Assembly (NCBI GenBank): GCA_031412495.1
Contig: JANODC010000086.1
DNA length: 48,277 bases
Strand: one strand, 5' to 3'
Source: Rhizobacter sp.
Lineage (GTDB): Bacteria > Pseudomonadota > Gammaproteobacteria > Burkholderiales > Burkholderiaceae_C
Shown here: positions 1 through 9,363 of the stretch, piece after piece
Numbering within the stretch: the stretch's first letter is position 1
Layout: each line of letters starts with the position of its first letter
Made by a program: the position numbers and the translations under genes
Notes under the pieces: generated by a model
The model's database searches: none
Told to the model about the DNA's origin: nothing
Seen by the model: only the letters and a program-made list of their open reading frames with translations

Positions 1-2
1 TC

Positions 3-521
3 ACCGATACGGCAGCCAAGGATGCGCTGCGCGAAACGCAATCGCGGATCAATGCGATCTCGCTGATTCACAAGAGCCTCTATACATCAGGAGATGTGAC
101 AAACGTGGCGCTGGACGATTATCTGGGCACCATGCTGGGCAACCTGGAAACGGCGATGAGGAAGGACGGCCACACCGCCATCCTGAAGTGCTACCTGGAG
201 CCGATGTCGCTAAGCACGGACGCCAGCGTCAACCTCGGCGTGGCCGTACAGGAACTGGTCACCAACGCTTTCAAGTATGCCTATCCCGGTGAAAAGCCCG
301 GCGAGGTGCGCGTGCGGCTGAAGCGATTGGCCGACGGCAAGGCCGAGCTGACGGTCGAGGATGACGGCGTGGGGATCGCGCCAAACGCCGCCCGTGCGGG
401 CACGGGCCTGGGCAGCAAGATCATCCAGACGATGGCGTCGGCGCTGCACACGCGGGTGGAATACATCAATCGCGCGCCGGGTACGTTGGCGCGGCTGGTG
501 CTCACAACGGCGAATGCGTAG
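3..521 (+). CDS. Sensor histidine kinase, HisKA_2-type, C-terminal part (5' end outside window)
   Basis: Frame open from the window edge. ALRETQSRINAISLIHKSLY is typical of HisKA_2; HATPase N-box ELVTNAFKYA, G1 EDDGVG, G2 GTGLG; TAG at 519-521. Confidence 0.9.
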   Translation, partial: TDTAAKDALRETQSRINAISLIHKSLYTSGDVTNVALDDYLGTMLGNLETAMRKDGHTAILKCYLEPMSLSTDASVNLGVAVQELVTNAFKYAYPGEKPGEVRVRLKRLADGKAELTVEDDGVGIAPNAARAGTGLGSKIIQTMASALHTRVEYINRAPGTLARLVLTTANA

Positions 522-524
522 GGC

Positions 525-1649
525 ATGGGGATGAAATTCACGCCTTCTGCGGTTGCTTTATTTCTGTGTCTCAGCGGCGCTTCGTTTGCCTCTGGCGGCG
601 AGGGGCTGACCACGCCGGTCAAGTTGCCCGCATTCGATGCGGCACGGGCTTCCTGCAAAGCGCCTACTGGTTTGCAGAAGAAGCTGGTATTCGTGCAGGA
701 CAACAGGCGCGAATTCATGCAGGGCGCCGGACGCGGGCTGGAGGCCGCGGCGCGGGCGCGGGGCCTCGGCTATAGCGTCGCCTTTGCCAACAACGATCGT
801 GCGCTGATGATCAGACAGGTGGGCGACATCGCGACCGACAAGACGGGCGCGATCGTGGTGGCGCCGATCGATCCGCCGTCGCTTGCGCCTGCCTTAAAGA
901 AGGTCATCGGCGCGGGCGCCGCTGTGGGTGCCATCGTGCCACCGCCGGCGACGACGGTGCTGAACGCGCCGCAATACCTGACCGGCAAGGTTTTGGCGGA
1001 AGCGGCGGCGAACTACATTCGCGCGCGGCTTGGCGGAAAGGCCAAGGTCGTGCTGCTGACGCATGACGGCCTGCAATTTCTGGCGCCGCGTTTCACCGCC
1101 ATGCGCGATACGCTGCGGGCACTCCCGGGCGTGACGATCGTGGCCGACATTTCGCCCGCCACGGTCGACAAGGAGGGCGGATATCGCACGATGAAGACGA
1201 TCCTGCTGGCGCAATCGAGCGTCGATGTGGTGCTTGGCGCGGACACGGTGGTGCTGGGAGCCCTGGCGGCATTGCGCGAAGCGGGCAAGGCGCGGGCGGA
1301 CCAGTTTCTGGGCGGTATCGACGGCGAGCAGGAAGCGGTCGTCGAAATCAAGAAAGGCGACAGCCCCTACAAGGCGAGCATCAGCCTTGCCTCGTCCATA
1401 TTCGGCTATGCGATGGGTCAGCAGGCCGCCGATTGGCTGGACGGTAAGTCCATTCCACAGGCCATGGACATTTTGCCCAGGGCGCTCACCAGCTCCAACA
1501 TCGCGGACTATGAAAGGGATACGGCAAACCCCGGTGCGGTGTATGCCGACCCGTCGCGGCGCGCGTTGTATCTGAAGATGTACGGCAACATCTGTTTCGA
1601 TACACGCGAAAACTTCATCAATTTCCCCTGGTCATCAGAAGCCAAATAG
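525..1649 (+). CDS. Periplasmic binding protein, type I (RbsB/sugar-binding-like)
   Basis: Signal peptide MKFTPSAVALFLCLSGASFA; PBP1 motifs GAIVVAPID, VDVVLGADTVVLGAL, FLGGIDG; starts 3 nt after the kinase stop. Confidence 0.85.
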   Translation: MGMKFTPSAVALFLCLSGASFASGGEGLTTPVKLPAFDAARASCKAPTGLQKKLVFVQDNRREFMQGAGRGLEAAARARGLGYSVAFANNDRALMIRQVGDIATDKTGAIVVAPIDPPSLAPALKKVIGAGAAVGAIVPPPATTVLNAPQYLTGKVLAEAAANYIRARLGGKAKVVLLTHDGLQFLAPRFTAMRDTLRALPGVTIVADISPATVDKEGGYRTMKTILLAQSSVDVVLGADTVVLGALAALREAGKARADQFLGGIDGEQEAVVEIKKGDSPYKASISLASSIFGYAMGQQAADWLDGKSIPQAMDILPRALTSSNIADYERDTANPGAVYADPSRRALYLKMYGNICFDTRENFINFPWSSEAK

Positions 1650-1772
1650 GCCGCACCGAAGTGGCCGGCCTGCGTTGCCCACGATCTTCCGCGAGCGTGT
1701 CGAGACGGGGCTCCATGAGGGCAGCGGCCCGCCCCAGTTGCAAGATCGCACAGAATCGAGCAGCCGCCAGCC

Positions 1773-2144
1773 ATGACCGCCAACCCTTTCGTCATCCTCT
1801 ATGTCGAAGACAACGACTACATTCGCGAGTCGTTCGCCGAGCTGCTCGCCGCTGCGGATCGCCGGATCGTGAGTGTGGCTGACGGCGCCGGCGCGCGCGA
1901 GGCGATGCGCGAGCAGAAGGTGGACCTGCTGATGACGGACATCAACCTGCCCGACGGCTCCGGCCTCGACGTGGCGCGCGAGGCCCTTCGGCAGAACCCG
2001 AGGCTGCCGGTGATCGTCTGCTCCGGCGATGACTTGAGGGACGTCGCCCGGTCGCTCGGCCCGACTGCCCATCCGCTGAGGAAGCCCTTCGATCTGGACG
2101 AACTCGAGGCGCTGGTCGAGCGGCTCGCGCGACGATCGACTTGA
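1773..2144 (+). CDS. Single-domain response regulator (receiver only)
   Basis: ILYVEDND acidic pocket, MTDINLPDGSG phospho-Asp, IVCSG, LRKPF; 123 aa. Confidence 0.9.
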   Translation: MTANPFVILYVEDNDYIRESFAELLAAADRRIVSVADGAGAREAMREQKVDLLMTDINLPDGSGLDVAREALRQNPRLPVIVCSGDDLRDVARSLGPTAHPLRKPFDLDELEALVERLARRST

Positions 2145-2551
2145 CTGCCGCCGCTGCGGCCGCCGGGCGGCGGCGCGGCTTTTGTGGGCCGTCTGATGCA
2201 CCGGTGTCGCAGCTCGAGGACGTCGCCGGCATTCGCCACTCGGCTGCGCCCATTGGATCTCGGTGGCTGATGGCTTTGCGCTGTCCGGTTCTGCCCGGCA
2301 GTGATCGTTCGCAGCTGCGCCAGGGAGCTGCCGCTCGACAAGCACCTGGCAGACCGCCTACCCACCGAGATGTGTCGACTCGAATGCGATGCGCATCTCT
2401 CTTGCCCGTTGAGCTGATGGGACTCCATCATGAGATCGGGTCAGCGATGGTCACCGTCAGCCATGGAACAAGGGCAAGACCTACGGCCAAAGGGCGGCTT
2501 CCAATACTCGATGACATCTGGGCACTTCGAGTTCGCCTGCGGACAGTGGCT

Positions 2552-4990
2552 TCAGCTCAGCGGTAACCGTACCTCGAACACGCTGCCTCGACCCACGCCC
2601 TCACTGCGTGCCTGGATCGAACCTCCATGCAATTCAATCAAATGCCGTGCGAGCGCAAGGCCAATACCTTGCCCCCCCTGCGCCATGTCGTGGGCTGACT
2701 CGACTTGCCCAAACATGCGAAAGACCTCGTTGAGGTGCTCTGGTGCGATGCCTATGCCAGTATCGGCAACGCTGATCACGGCGAGCTGCCCTTCGCGCCT
2801 CGCAGCCAAGCCGATAAGACCTCGAGGCGGGGTGTACTTGGCCGCGTTGATCAAGACGTTCGAGAGCACTTGCGCCAAGCGCGTCAGATCGCCGTTCACT
2901 AACATGGGCTCGTGCGCGATGGCAACGCTCAGGTCGTGTCCGCCGTTGTCAATGAAAGGCCGGGCCGTCTCGACCGCTTGTTCGATCGCCGCGCCCAACT
3001 CGACCTGTTGCAGTCGGAGGTTCAGTTGCCCCCTGGTTAAACGGGACACGTCGAGCAAGTCGTCGAGGAGACGCGTCATTTGCGCGGTCTGGCGCTCGAG
3101 CAGGCCGAGGCACTGAACGGCACGCGGGTCCGATGCTCCGACGCGCCGGAGTACAGCCACGGCGTTGCGGATCGGCGCCAAGGGATTGCGCAGCTCGTGC
3201 GACAGGGTGGCAATGAAGTCGTCCTTCTGGCGGTCCGCGTCGCGCAGCAGCTCCTCGGCCCGCTTGCGTTCCGTGATGTCCATGACGATGCCGAACGTGC
3301 GTGTCGGCCGTCCCGACGGGTCGTACTCTGCCTGGCCCCGGTAGGCGAGCCACACTTCGTGTTGGCCGGGTCGGCATATTCGAACCTCATCGAAAAAAGG
3401 CGACCGTTGAGCAATGGCGTCCGTCCGTCTCTGGATGAAGCCGGCGCGGTCCTCCGGATGGACGAGTTCCATGATGCTGTCGGGGCTTGGAGCGAAAGCC
3501 GACGGATCAACACCGAACAATCGATACGTCTCAGGCGACCACCAGAGCGCGCCAGTGACGATGTCAAGCTCGTACGCCCCCATCTGACCCGCCGTGAAGG
3601 CGAGCCGGAGCCGCTCCCGCTCCTGGCGGAGAACTTGCTCCGCGTTCCTCGCCTCCGTTACATCGGCCATGATGCTGACAAGTCGCAGAGGCTTCCCGTC
3701 AGGCGCGCGGAGGGTGACCGCGCCACGACCGGACAGCCAGAGGATGGCTCCGTTCGGATGCACGATGCGGTACTCGGCCGCAAATGAATCTTGTCGTTCC
3801 GCCAGCTCTTGGAAGTTCTGGGCCAGGTACCGGTCCTCAGGATGGAGTGCGGCGACATACTCGTCGTCGGGCCCGCCGAGTCGACCTTGTCGATTGGCCA
3901 GATCGAGGCCGAACAGCTTCATGCCTTCATCGGACCAGGTCCTCGTTCCCGTGACGTGATCTGTCTCCCAGTAGCCCATGCGGCCGGCCTTGAGCGCCGC
4001 GCGCAGCGTGGAGTCGGCTACACGGGTGGACTCCTGCGCTCGCACGCGATCCGTCACGTCGGCGCCGACGACGAAAATGCCGGCCACATCGCCGCTTGCA
4101 TGCTTGATCGGTTGGTAGACGAAGTCGACAAAGCGCTCGTCGATTGCCCTGCCCTCTTCAACCCACCGTTCGTACCGAGCGCCACTCGTGCGGTAGGCGG
4201 TACCACTGGCGAAGACGCCGTCCAAGAGACCGAGATACCCCTGCGCAGCCGCCTCCGGCCAAGCATCTGCGACCGTCCTTCCGATGACCGCCCGATCGCC
4301 GATGTGCTGCAGGTAGGCGGGATTGGCGATCGTGATCCTGTGCTCCGGCCCTTCCAACAGGGCCATGAAGATCGGTGCTAGCTCGAACAAGTGGGCCAGA
4401 CGATCGCGCTCGAGCAACAACTGACGGGCGGCCACGACGTGCTGGGTCGTTTCTGTGCACACCACCAGGACACCCCCGATCCCTCCGGGCGAGCTTTCGT
4501 CGTCAATCGGGCTGTAGCTGTAGGTCCAGTAAACGTCGTCCAGGTGCCCGTGGCGGGTAATGGGCACCAGGTGATTCACGTTCCACGTGGCACCGCGACC
4601 TGCCATCACATGCTCGATCTGCGGCCCGATGATCGGCCAGATCTCGCTCCAGACCTCGCGGGCGGGACGCCCGAGCGAGCACGGGTGCCGCTCGGGGCCG
4701 ATGGACTTCCGATAGGCGTCGTTGTACAGGCAGGCGAGCTGCGGGCCCCACCAGATGTACATCGGATGCCCCGTATTGAGCATGAGCCGGACTACGGTGC
4801 GAAGCGACTGCGGCCAGCGTCCAGGTGGCCCGAGCGTCGACGCGGACCAGTCGTGGCCACGCATCAGACTGCCCATCTCGCCGCCGTCGCGCAGAAAGTG
4901 CAGAGAATTCGAGCCAGTCACGGAGGGTCTGTGTGAGTGAGACGAGTCTTCGATGGCTGAGCGCCTGTACGGATCGTACCGTGCAGACAT
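2552..4990 (-). CDS. Multi-PAS/PAC sensor histidine kinase, cytoplasmic, no receiver domain
   Basis: N-terminal GGEMGSLMRGHDW...WPQSLRT PAS-like module, further PAS/PAC repeats, H-box TLSHELRNPL, N-box NAAKY, DTGIGI, GQGIGL. Start uncertain (ATG 4990 or about 4876); the ORF extension to 5044 overlaps the IS remnant. Confidence 0.9.
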   Translation of the reverse strand: MSARYDPYRRSAIEDSSHSHRPSVTGSNSLHFLRDGGEMGSLMRGHDWSASTLGPPGRWPQSLRTVVRLMLNTGHPMYIWWGPQLACLYNDAYRKSIGPERHPCSLGRPAREVWSEIWPIIGPQIEHVMAGRGATWNVNHLVPITRHGHLDDVYWTYSYSPIDDESSPGGIGGVLVVCTETTQHVVAARQLLLERDRLAHLFELAPIFMALLEGPEHRITIANPAYLQHIGDRAVIGRTVADAWPEAAAQGYLGLLDGVFASGTAYRTSGARYERWVEEGRAIDERFVDFVYQPIKHASGDVAGIFVVGADVTDRVRAQESTRVADSTLRAALKAGRMGYWETDHVTGTRTWSDEGMKLFGLDLANRQGRLGGPDDEYVAALHPEDRYLAQNFQELAERQDSFAAEYRIVHPNGAILWLSGRGAVTLRAPDGKPLRLVSIMADVTEARNAEQVLRQERERLRLAFTAGQMGAYELDIVTGALWWSPETYRLFGVDPSAFAPSPDSIMELVHPEDRAGFIQRRTDAIAQRSPFFDEVRICRPGQHEVWLAYRGQAEYDPSGRPTRTFGIVMDITERKRAEELLRDADRQKDDFIATLSHELRNPLAPIRNAVAVLRRVGASDPRAVQCLGLLERQTAQMTRLLDDLLDVSRLTRGQLNLRLQQVELGAAIEQAVETARPFIDNGGHDLSVAIAHEPMLVNGDLTRLAQVLSNVLINAAKYTPPRGLIGLAARREGQLAVISVADTGIGIAPEHLNEVFRMFGQVESAHDMAQGGQGIGLALARHLIELHGGSIQARSEGVGRGSVFEVRLPLS

Positions 4991-5027
4991 TGCAAGGCCG
5001 GGGGTGTCGAGGACAGTGCGATCGCCG

Positions 5028-5382
5028 CGCGTGCGCCCTTCCACCGGCAGCGTCGGCGACGCCTACGACAACGCCATGGCCGAGAGCTTCTTCGCCAGCC
5101 TCGAGTGGGAGCTGATCGACCGCAACAGCTTCACGACCAAGACCGAGGCCCGACTCGCGCTCTTCAGCTACATCGAGGGTTGGTACAACCCGAGGCGACG
5201 GCACAGCGCGCTCGGCCAGAGCTCGCCGATCGACTACGAACGTTCCGCCGAACACGACTTGACCACCGCCGGCGTTTGCTTGGCTGGCGCCACGCCGCAG
5301 GTGGACAAGTCTGCATCGCGACACTCCACCGAACCCGCTCGAATCCAAGCGCCTACCCGTCCGCGAAAGGTAGTCAACTCCA
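5028..5382 (+). mobile_element. IS3-family insertion sequence remnant (transposase C-terminus plus probable right end)
   Basis: RPSTGSVGDAYDNAMAESFFASLEWELI...YIEGWYNPRRRHSALGQSSPIDYE is the IS3 OrfB integrase-core C-terminus. CCGTCCGCGAAAGGTAGTCAACTCCA ending at 5382 resembles an IS3 right inverted repeat ending in CA. OrfA and the N-terminal part of the DDE domain are absent. Confidence 0.88.
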
Positions 5383-5569
5383 ACTCCAGACTGAAACTAC
5401 GTGCGGGTTGCAGCGCCCTTTAGAGCCCTGTCGGCGGACCAGTCACTGCCTTGCAGACCCCTGCGCCACGCCGCCGACCCGGCGCATCTGTCGCGCCTCG
5501 TGAAAACCAAACGAAAAACCGCTCTTGGTTGAGCCGTCGACGACGTTTGCCGGGGACACTCTGCCTCGA

Positions 5570-7366
5570 ATGTCCGGCAGTACAAGTTCGACGCATGACG
5601 GCGATGAGGCGCGACAGCGCGCCCTCGAGCGCCTTCGCATTCTCGATACCCTGCCCGAACAGGTGTATGACGACCTCGTGCTGCTCGCCTCCGAGATCTG
5701 CGGCACCCCGATCGCACTGGTGTCGCTGATCGATCACGAGCGGCAGTGGTTCAAGGCGCGCCTCGGGCTCGACGTGGCCGAGACGCATCGGGATCTCGCA
5801 TTCTGCTGGCACGCCGTCGTGGAGCCGGCCTCGGTGCTCGTGGTGCCCGATGCCCTGCAGGACCCCCGCTTCGCCGGCAATGCCCTGGTCACCGGGGCGC
5901 CGAACATCCGCTTCTACGCCGGAGCGCCGATCGTCCTCCACAGCGGCGAGGCGCTCGGCACGGTCTGCGTCATCGACACCGAACCGCGCAAGGTGAGCCC
6001 CAGCCAGTTGCGGGCGCTCCAGGCGTTGGCGCGGCAGGCGGCGGCGTTGCTCGAACTGCGCGAACGGACGATGGCTGCCGAGCAGAACAGTTCGGACCGC
6101 GCCCGCGCGCAACGCGCGTTGCAGCAGGCGACCGACCTCCTCGGTGAAATGGGTGCCATGGCCCACGTGGGCGGGTGGGAGCTCGATCTTCGGACCCATA
6201 CCATCCAATGGACCGACGAGGTCTATCGCATTCACGATCTCGAACCCGGCAGTCCGATCGCGCTGGCGAGCAACATCGACTTCTACGCGGCCGAGGCGCA
6301 GCCCGTCATCCGTGCTGCCGTGCAGGCCGCGATCGATCACGGCGAGCCCTGGGACCTGGAGCTCCCGTTCGTTACGGCGCGCGGGCGCCAGTTGTGGGTG
6401 CGGGCCCAGGGCAAGGCGGTTCAGGAAGGTGGAACCACCACCCGCCTGATCGGTGCGTTCCAGGACATCACGGATCGCAGGCGAGTGGCTGACGCCCTGG
6501 CCGGCAGCGAAAGGCGCTTGCGCATGATCGCCGACAACCTGCCCGCCATGATCAGCTACGTCGACCGTGAACAGCGCTATCGCTTCGTGAACGCGCACGT
6601 CGGCAAGATCTTCGGCAGCGATCCTGAGGCCATGCTCGGGAGGACGATGCGGGACTGCCGCGGCGATGAGTTGCACGCCGAGCTGGCTCCGCACTTCCAG
6701 GCGGCGCTCGCTGGCGAGACCGTGACGTTCCAGAGCTCGGCCAGCGTCGGCGGGCGGCTCTTCCACTACCAGTCCGACTACATCCCGGACCGGGATCCAG
6801 CCGGCTCGGTCCAGGGGTTCTACGCGCTGACCTTCGACATCACCGCCCTGAAGGAAACGCAGCGCCAGCTCGACCGCCTGGCCCGGGTCGACGGACTCAC
6901 CGGCCTTGCCAACCGGCGCCAGTTCGAGGAGTCGCTGCATCAGGCGATGGCGCGGACGCGACGCTCCGAGCTGCCGATGGCCGTCATGTTCCTCGATGTC
7001 GACCGCTTCAAGGACATCAACGATGCCTACGGCCATGCCGTGGGCGACACGGTGCTCCGCGGATTCGCGGAACGGATGAATACCGCCACGAGCAAGACCG
7101 ACCTGGTCGCGCGCCTGGCCGGCGACGAATTCGTGATCGTGCTCGAGGGAATCGACCGGCAGAGGCTGGCCGATCTTGCGCAGACCATCCTTTCCGCCCT
7201 TCGCGCCCCGTTCGACGTGGACGGCAGGCCCCTCGCGGTCACCGTGAGCATCGGCGTGGCCCGCTACGAAGGCGGCGCGCTCGATGCATCCGCGCTGCTC
7301 AAGTCGGCCGATGCAGCGCTGTACGCCTCGAAGGACCAGGGCCGAGACCGCTGCACTTTCGCGTGA
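5570..7366 (+). CDS. GAF-PAS-PAS-GGDEF diguanylate cyclase (AGDEF variant)
   Basis: GAF (LERLRILDT...SLIDHERQWFKA...IRFYAGAP), two PAS/PAC, DGLTGLANRR, FLDVDRFKDINDAYGHAVGD, RLAGDEF, ADAALYASK. Confidence 0.93.
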   Translation: MSGSTSSTHDGDEARQRALERLRILDTLPEQVYDDLVLLASEICGTPIALVSLIDHERQWFKARLGLDVAETHRDLAFCWHAVVEPASVLVVPDALQDPRFAGNALVTGAPNIRFYAGAPIVLHSGEALGTVCVIDTEPRKVSPSQLRALQALARQAAALLELRERTMAAEQNSSDRARAQRALQQATDLLGEMGAMAHVGGWELDLRTHTIQWTDEVYRIHDLEPGSPIALASNIDFYAAEAQPVIRAAVQAAIDHGEPWDLELPFVTARGRQLWVRAQGKAVQEGGTTTRLIGAFQDITDRRRVADALAGSERRLRMIADNLPAMISYVDREQRYRFVNAHVGKIFGSDPEAMLGRTMRDCRGDELHAELAPHFQAALAGETVTFQSSASVGGRLFHYQSDYIPDRDPAGSVQGFYALTFDITALKETQRQLDRLARVDGLTGLANRRQFEESLHQAMARTRRSELPMAVMFLDVDRFKDINDAYGHAVGDTVLRGFAERMNTATSKTDLVARLAGDEFVIVLEGIDRQRLADLAQTILSALRAPFDVDGRPLAVTVSIGVARYEGGALDASALLKSADAALYASKDQGRDRCTFA

Positions 7367-7582
7367 CCGGCCCGGTTTCATCCTCGAGGGCGGCTTGTCC
7401 GCCTCCCAGGGCGCCGTCGGGCTGCATCCAGAACCGCGGCTCGACTCACGACGCGATCGCCTACGGGCCGACGGTGCCGGCGTCCGAGCTGCAAGGACCG
7501 GTCACCTACCCGCCCGCCGCCGCAGCACGCCGGGCGGGCGACGATGCTGCGCCGCCTGGTGGCCTCGGGAACCTCGGTGGCG

Positions 7583-9340
7583 TCAGGCGGTTCGCGCTTC
7601 GCGCAGGCCGAGCAGGTTCATCATCTCCTTCCTCATCTCGAACTTCTGCGCCTTGCCCGTCGCGGTGAGCGGGAACTGCTCGACGACACGCACGTAGCGC
7701 GGTACCTTGTAGTGGGCAATCTGGCCGCGGCAGAAGTCGCGCACCGTCACGTCGTCGAGCGCATGGCCGCGGCGAGCGATCACCCAGGCGCAGACCTCCT
7801 CGCCGTACTTCGGGTCTGGCACCCCGAAAACCTGCGCATCCTGGATCGCCGGATGGCGCAGCAGGTACTCCTCGACCTCGCGTGGATAGACGTTCTCGCC
7901 ACCGCGGATGAGCATGTCCTTCACGCGACCCACGATGTTGGCGTAGCCGTCCGCGTCCAGGGTCGCCAGGTCGCCGGTATGCATCCAGCCGGCCTCGTCG
8001 ATGGCCTCGCGCGTGCGCGCCTCGTCCTTCCAGTAGCCGCGCATCACGGCGTAGCCGCGCGTGCACAGCTCGCCGGCCGTGCCCACCGGCACCATCCGGC
8101 CGGCCCCGTCGACGATCTTCACCTCGATGTGCGGCTGGATCCGGCCGACGGTCGATACGCGCCGCTCGAGCGGGTCGTCGAGGCTCGACTGGAACGAGAT
8201 CGGAGCCGTCTCGGTCATTCCGTAGGCGATCGTCACCTGGCTCATGTGCATCCGCGAGATCACTCGCCGCATCGTCTCGATCGGGCACGGCGCGCCGGCC
8301 ATGATGCCGGTGCGCAGCGATGAAAGATCGTGGCGGGCGAGGTCGGGATGCTCGAGCATCGCGCCGAACATCGTCGGCACGCCGTGCAGCGCCGTGCACC
8401 GGTGGCTCGCGATCGAGCGCAGCGTCTCGCCGGCGTCGAAGCTCTCGCCGGGGAACACCATCGTCGCGCCCGACGTCGTCGCGCACAGCACGCCGAGGAC
8501 CATGCCGAAGCAGTGGTAGAGCGGCACCGGGATGCAGAGCTTGTCGGCAGGCACCAGCGCCATGGCCTTTGCGCAGAAGCGCGCGTTGTTGACGATGTTG
8601 AAGTGCGACAGCGTGGCACCCTTGGGCGACCCCGTGGTGCCGCTCGTGAACTGGATGTTGATCGCGTCGTCGGGATCGAGCGCGCCGGCGAGGGCGTCGA
8701 GGCGCGCCCGCTGCGCCGGGCCGGCCAGGGCGAGCAGGCTGCGATAGGAGAGGCAGCGCGGCGGCACCGGCTCGTCGCCGAGCAGGACGACGTGCTTCAG
8801 CTCGGGAAGGCGCACGCTGTCGAGCACCTCGGTCCGGCCCTTCAGGTGGATCTCGGGTGCGATCTCGGCGAGCATGCCGAGCCAGTCGGTGCCCTTGAAG
8901 GCCCGGGCCATGACGAGCGCGCGGCAGCCGACCTTGGCGAGCGCGTACTCGAGCTCGGTCCGGCGGTAGGCCGGGTTGATGTTGACCAATACCAAGCCGA
9001 TCCGCGCGGTCGCGAACTGGGTGACGATCCACTCGTGCCGGTTTGGCGCCCAGATGCCGACGCGGTTGCCGCGACGCAGGCCGAGCGCGAGCAGGCCCGC
9101 AGCCATCTCGTCGGCGCGCTGCTTGAGGTCGTACCACGACAGGCGCAGGTGCTCGGCGTCGAAGATGGCCGCGTCGCGGGGGCCATGGCGGGCGACCGTC
9201 TTGTCGAGCTGGTGGGAGAGGGTGATGAAGCGGAGCGGCTCGTCGGTCGAGCCCGACACGTACGACAGCGTGCCTGGGGGCCGCTGCCGGTCGTCACGAC
9301 CGCCGGCGAGCCAGTCGGAGCGGAACGGGTTTGCCGACAT
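7583..9340 (-). CDS. AMP-dependent acyl-CoA synthetase (ACSF2/medium-long-chain-like)
   Basis: [50 protein letters not shown] adenylation motifs; starts 23 nt after the amidase stop. Confidence 0.93.
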   Translation of the reverse strand: MSANPFRSDWLAGGRDDRQRPPGTLSYVSGSTDEPLRFITLSHQLDKTVARHGPRDAAIFDAEHLRLSWYDLKQRADEMAAGLLALGLRRGNRVGIWAPNRHEWIVTQFATARIGLVLVNINPAYRRTELEYALAKVGCRALVMARAFKGTDWLGMLAEIAPEIHLKGRTEVLDSVRLPELKHVVLLGDEPVPPRCLSYRSLLALAGPAQRARLDALAGALDPDDAINIQFTSGTTGSPKGATLSHFNIVNNARFCAKAMALVPADKLCIPVPLYHCFGMVLGVLCATTSGATMVFPGESFDAGETLRSIASHRCTALHGVPTMFGAMLEHPDLARHDLSSLRTGIMAGAPCPIETMRRVISRMHMSQVTIAYGMTETAPISFQSSLDDPLERRVSTVGRIQPHIEVKIVDGAGRMVPVGTAGELCTRGYAVMRGYWKDEARTREAIDEAGWMHTGDLATLDADGYANIVGRVKDMLIRGGENVYPREVEEYLLRHPAIQDAQVFGVPDPKYGEEVCAWVIARRGHALDDVTVRDFCRGQIAHYKVPRYVRVVEQFPLTATGKAQKFEMRKEMMNLLGLREARTA

Positions 9341-9363
9341 GTGGATCCGGTCGCCCTTGCCCC

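Noticed and set aside
2147-2184. Terminator after the response regulator
   Set aside because: GC-rich with a short T-run, but the stem pairing is irregular.
2185-2551. Hidden gene or ncRNA in the spacer between converging genes
   Set aside because: No convincing ORF, repeat or known RNA motif was recognised; a covariance-model search would be needed.
4953-5423. Intact 156-aa transposase gene
   Set aside because: Only the C-terminal integrase fragment is present, so it is a remnant.
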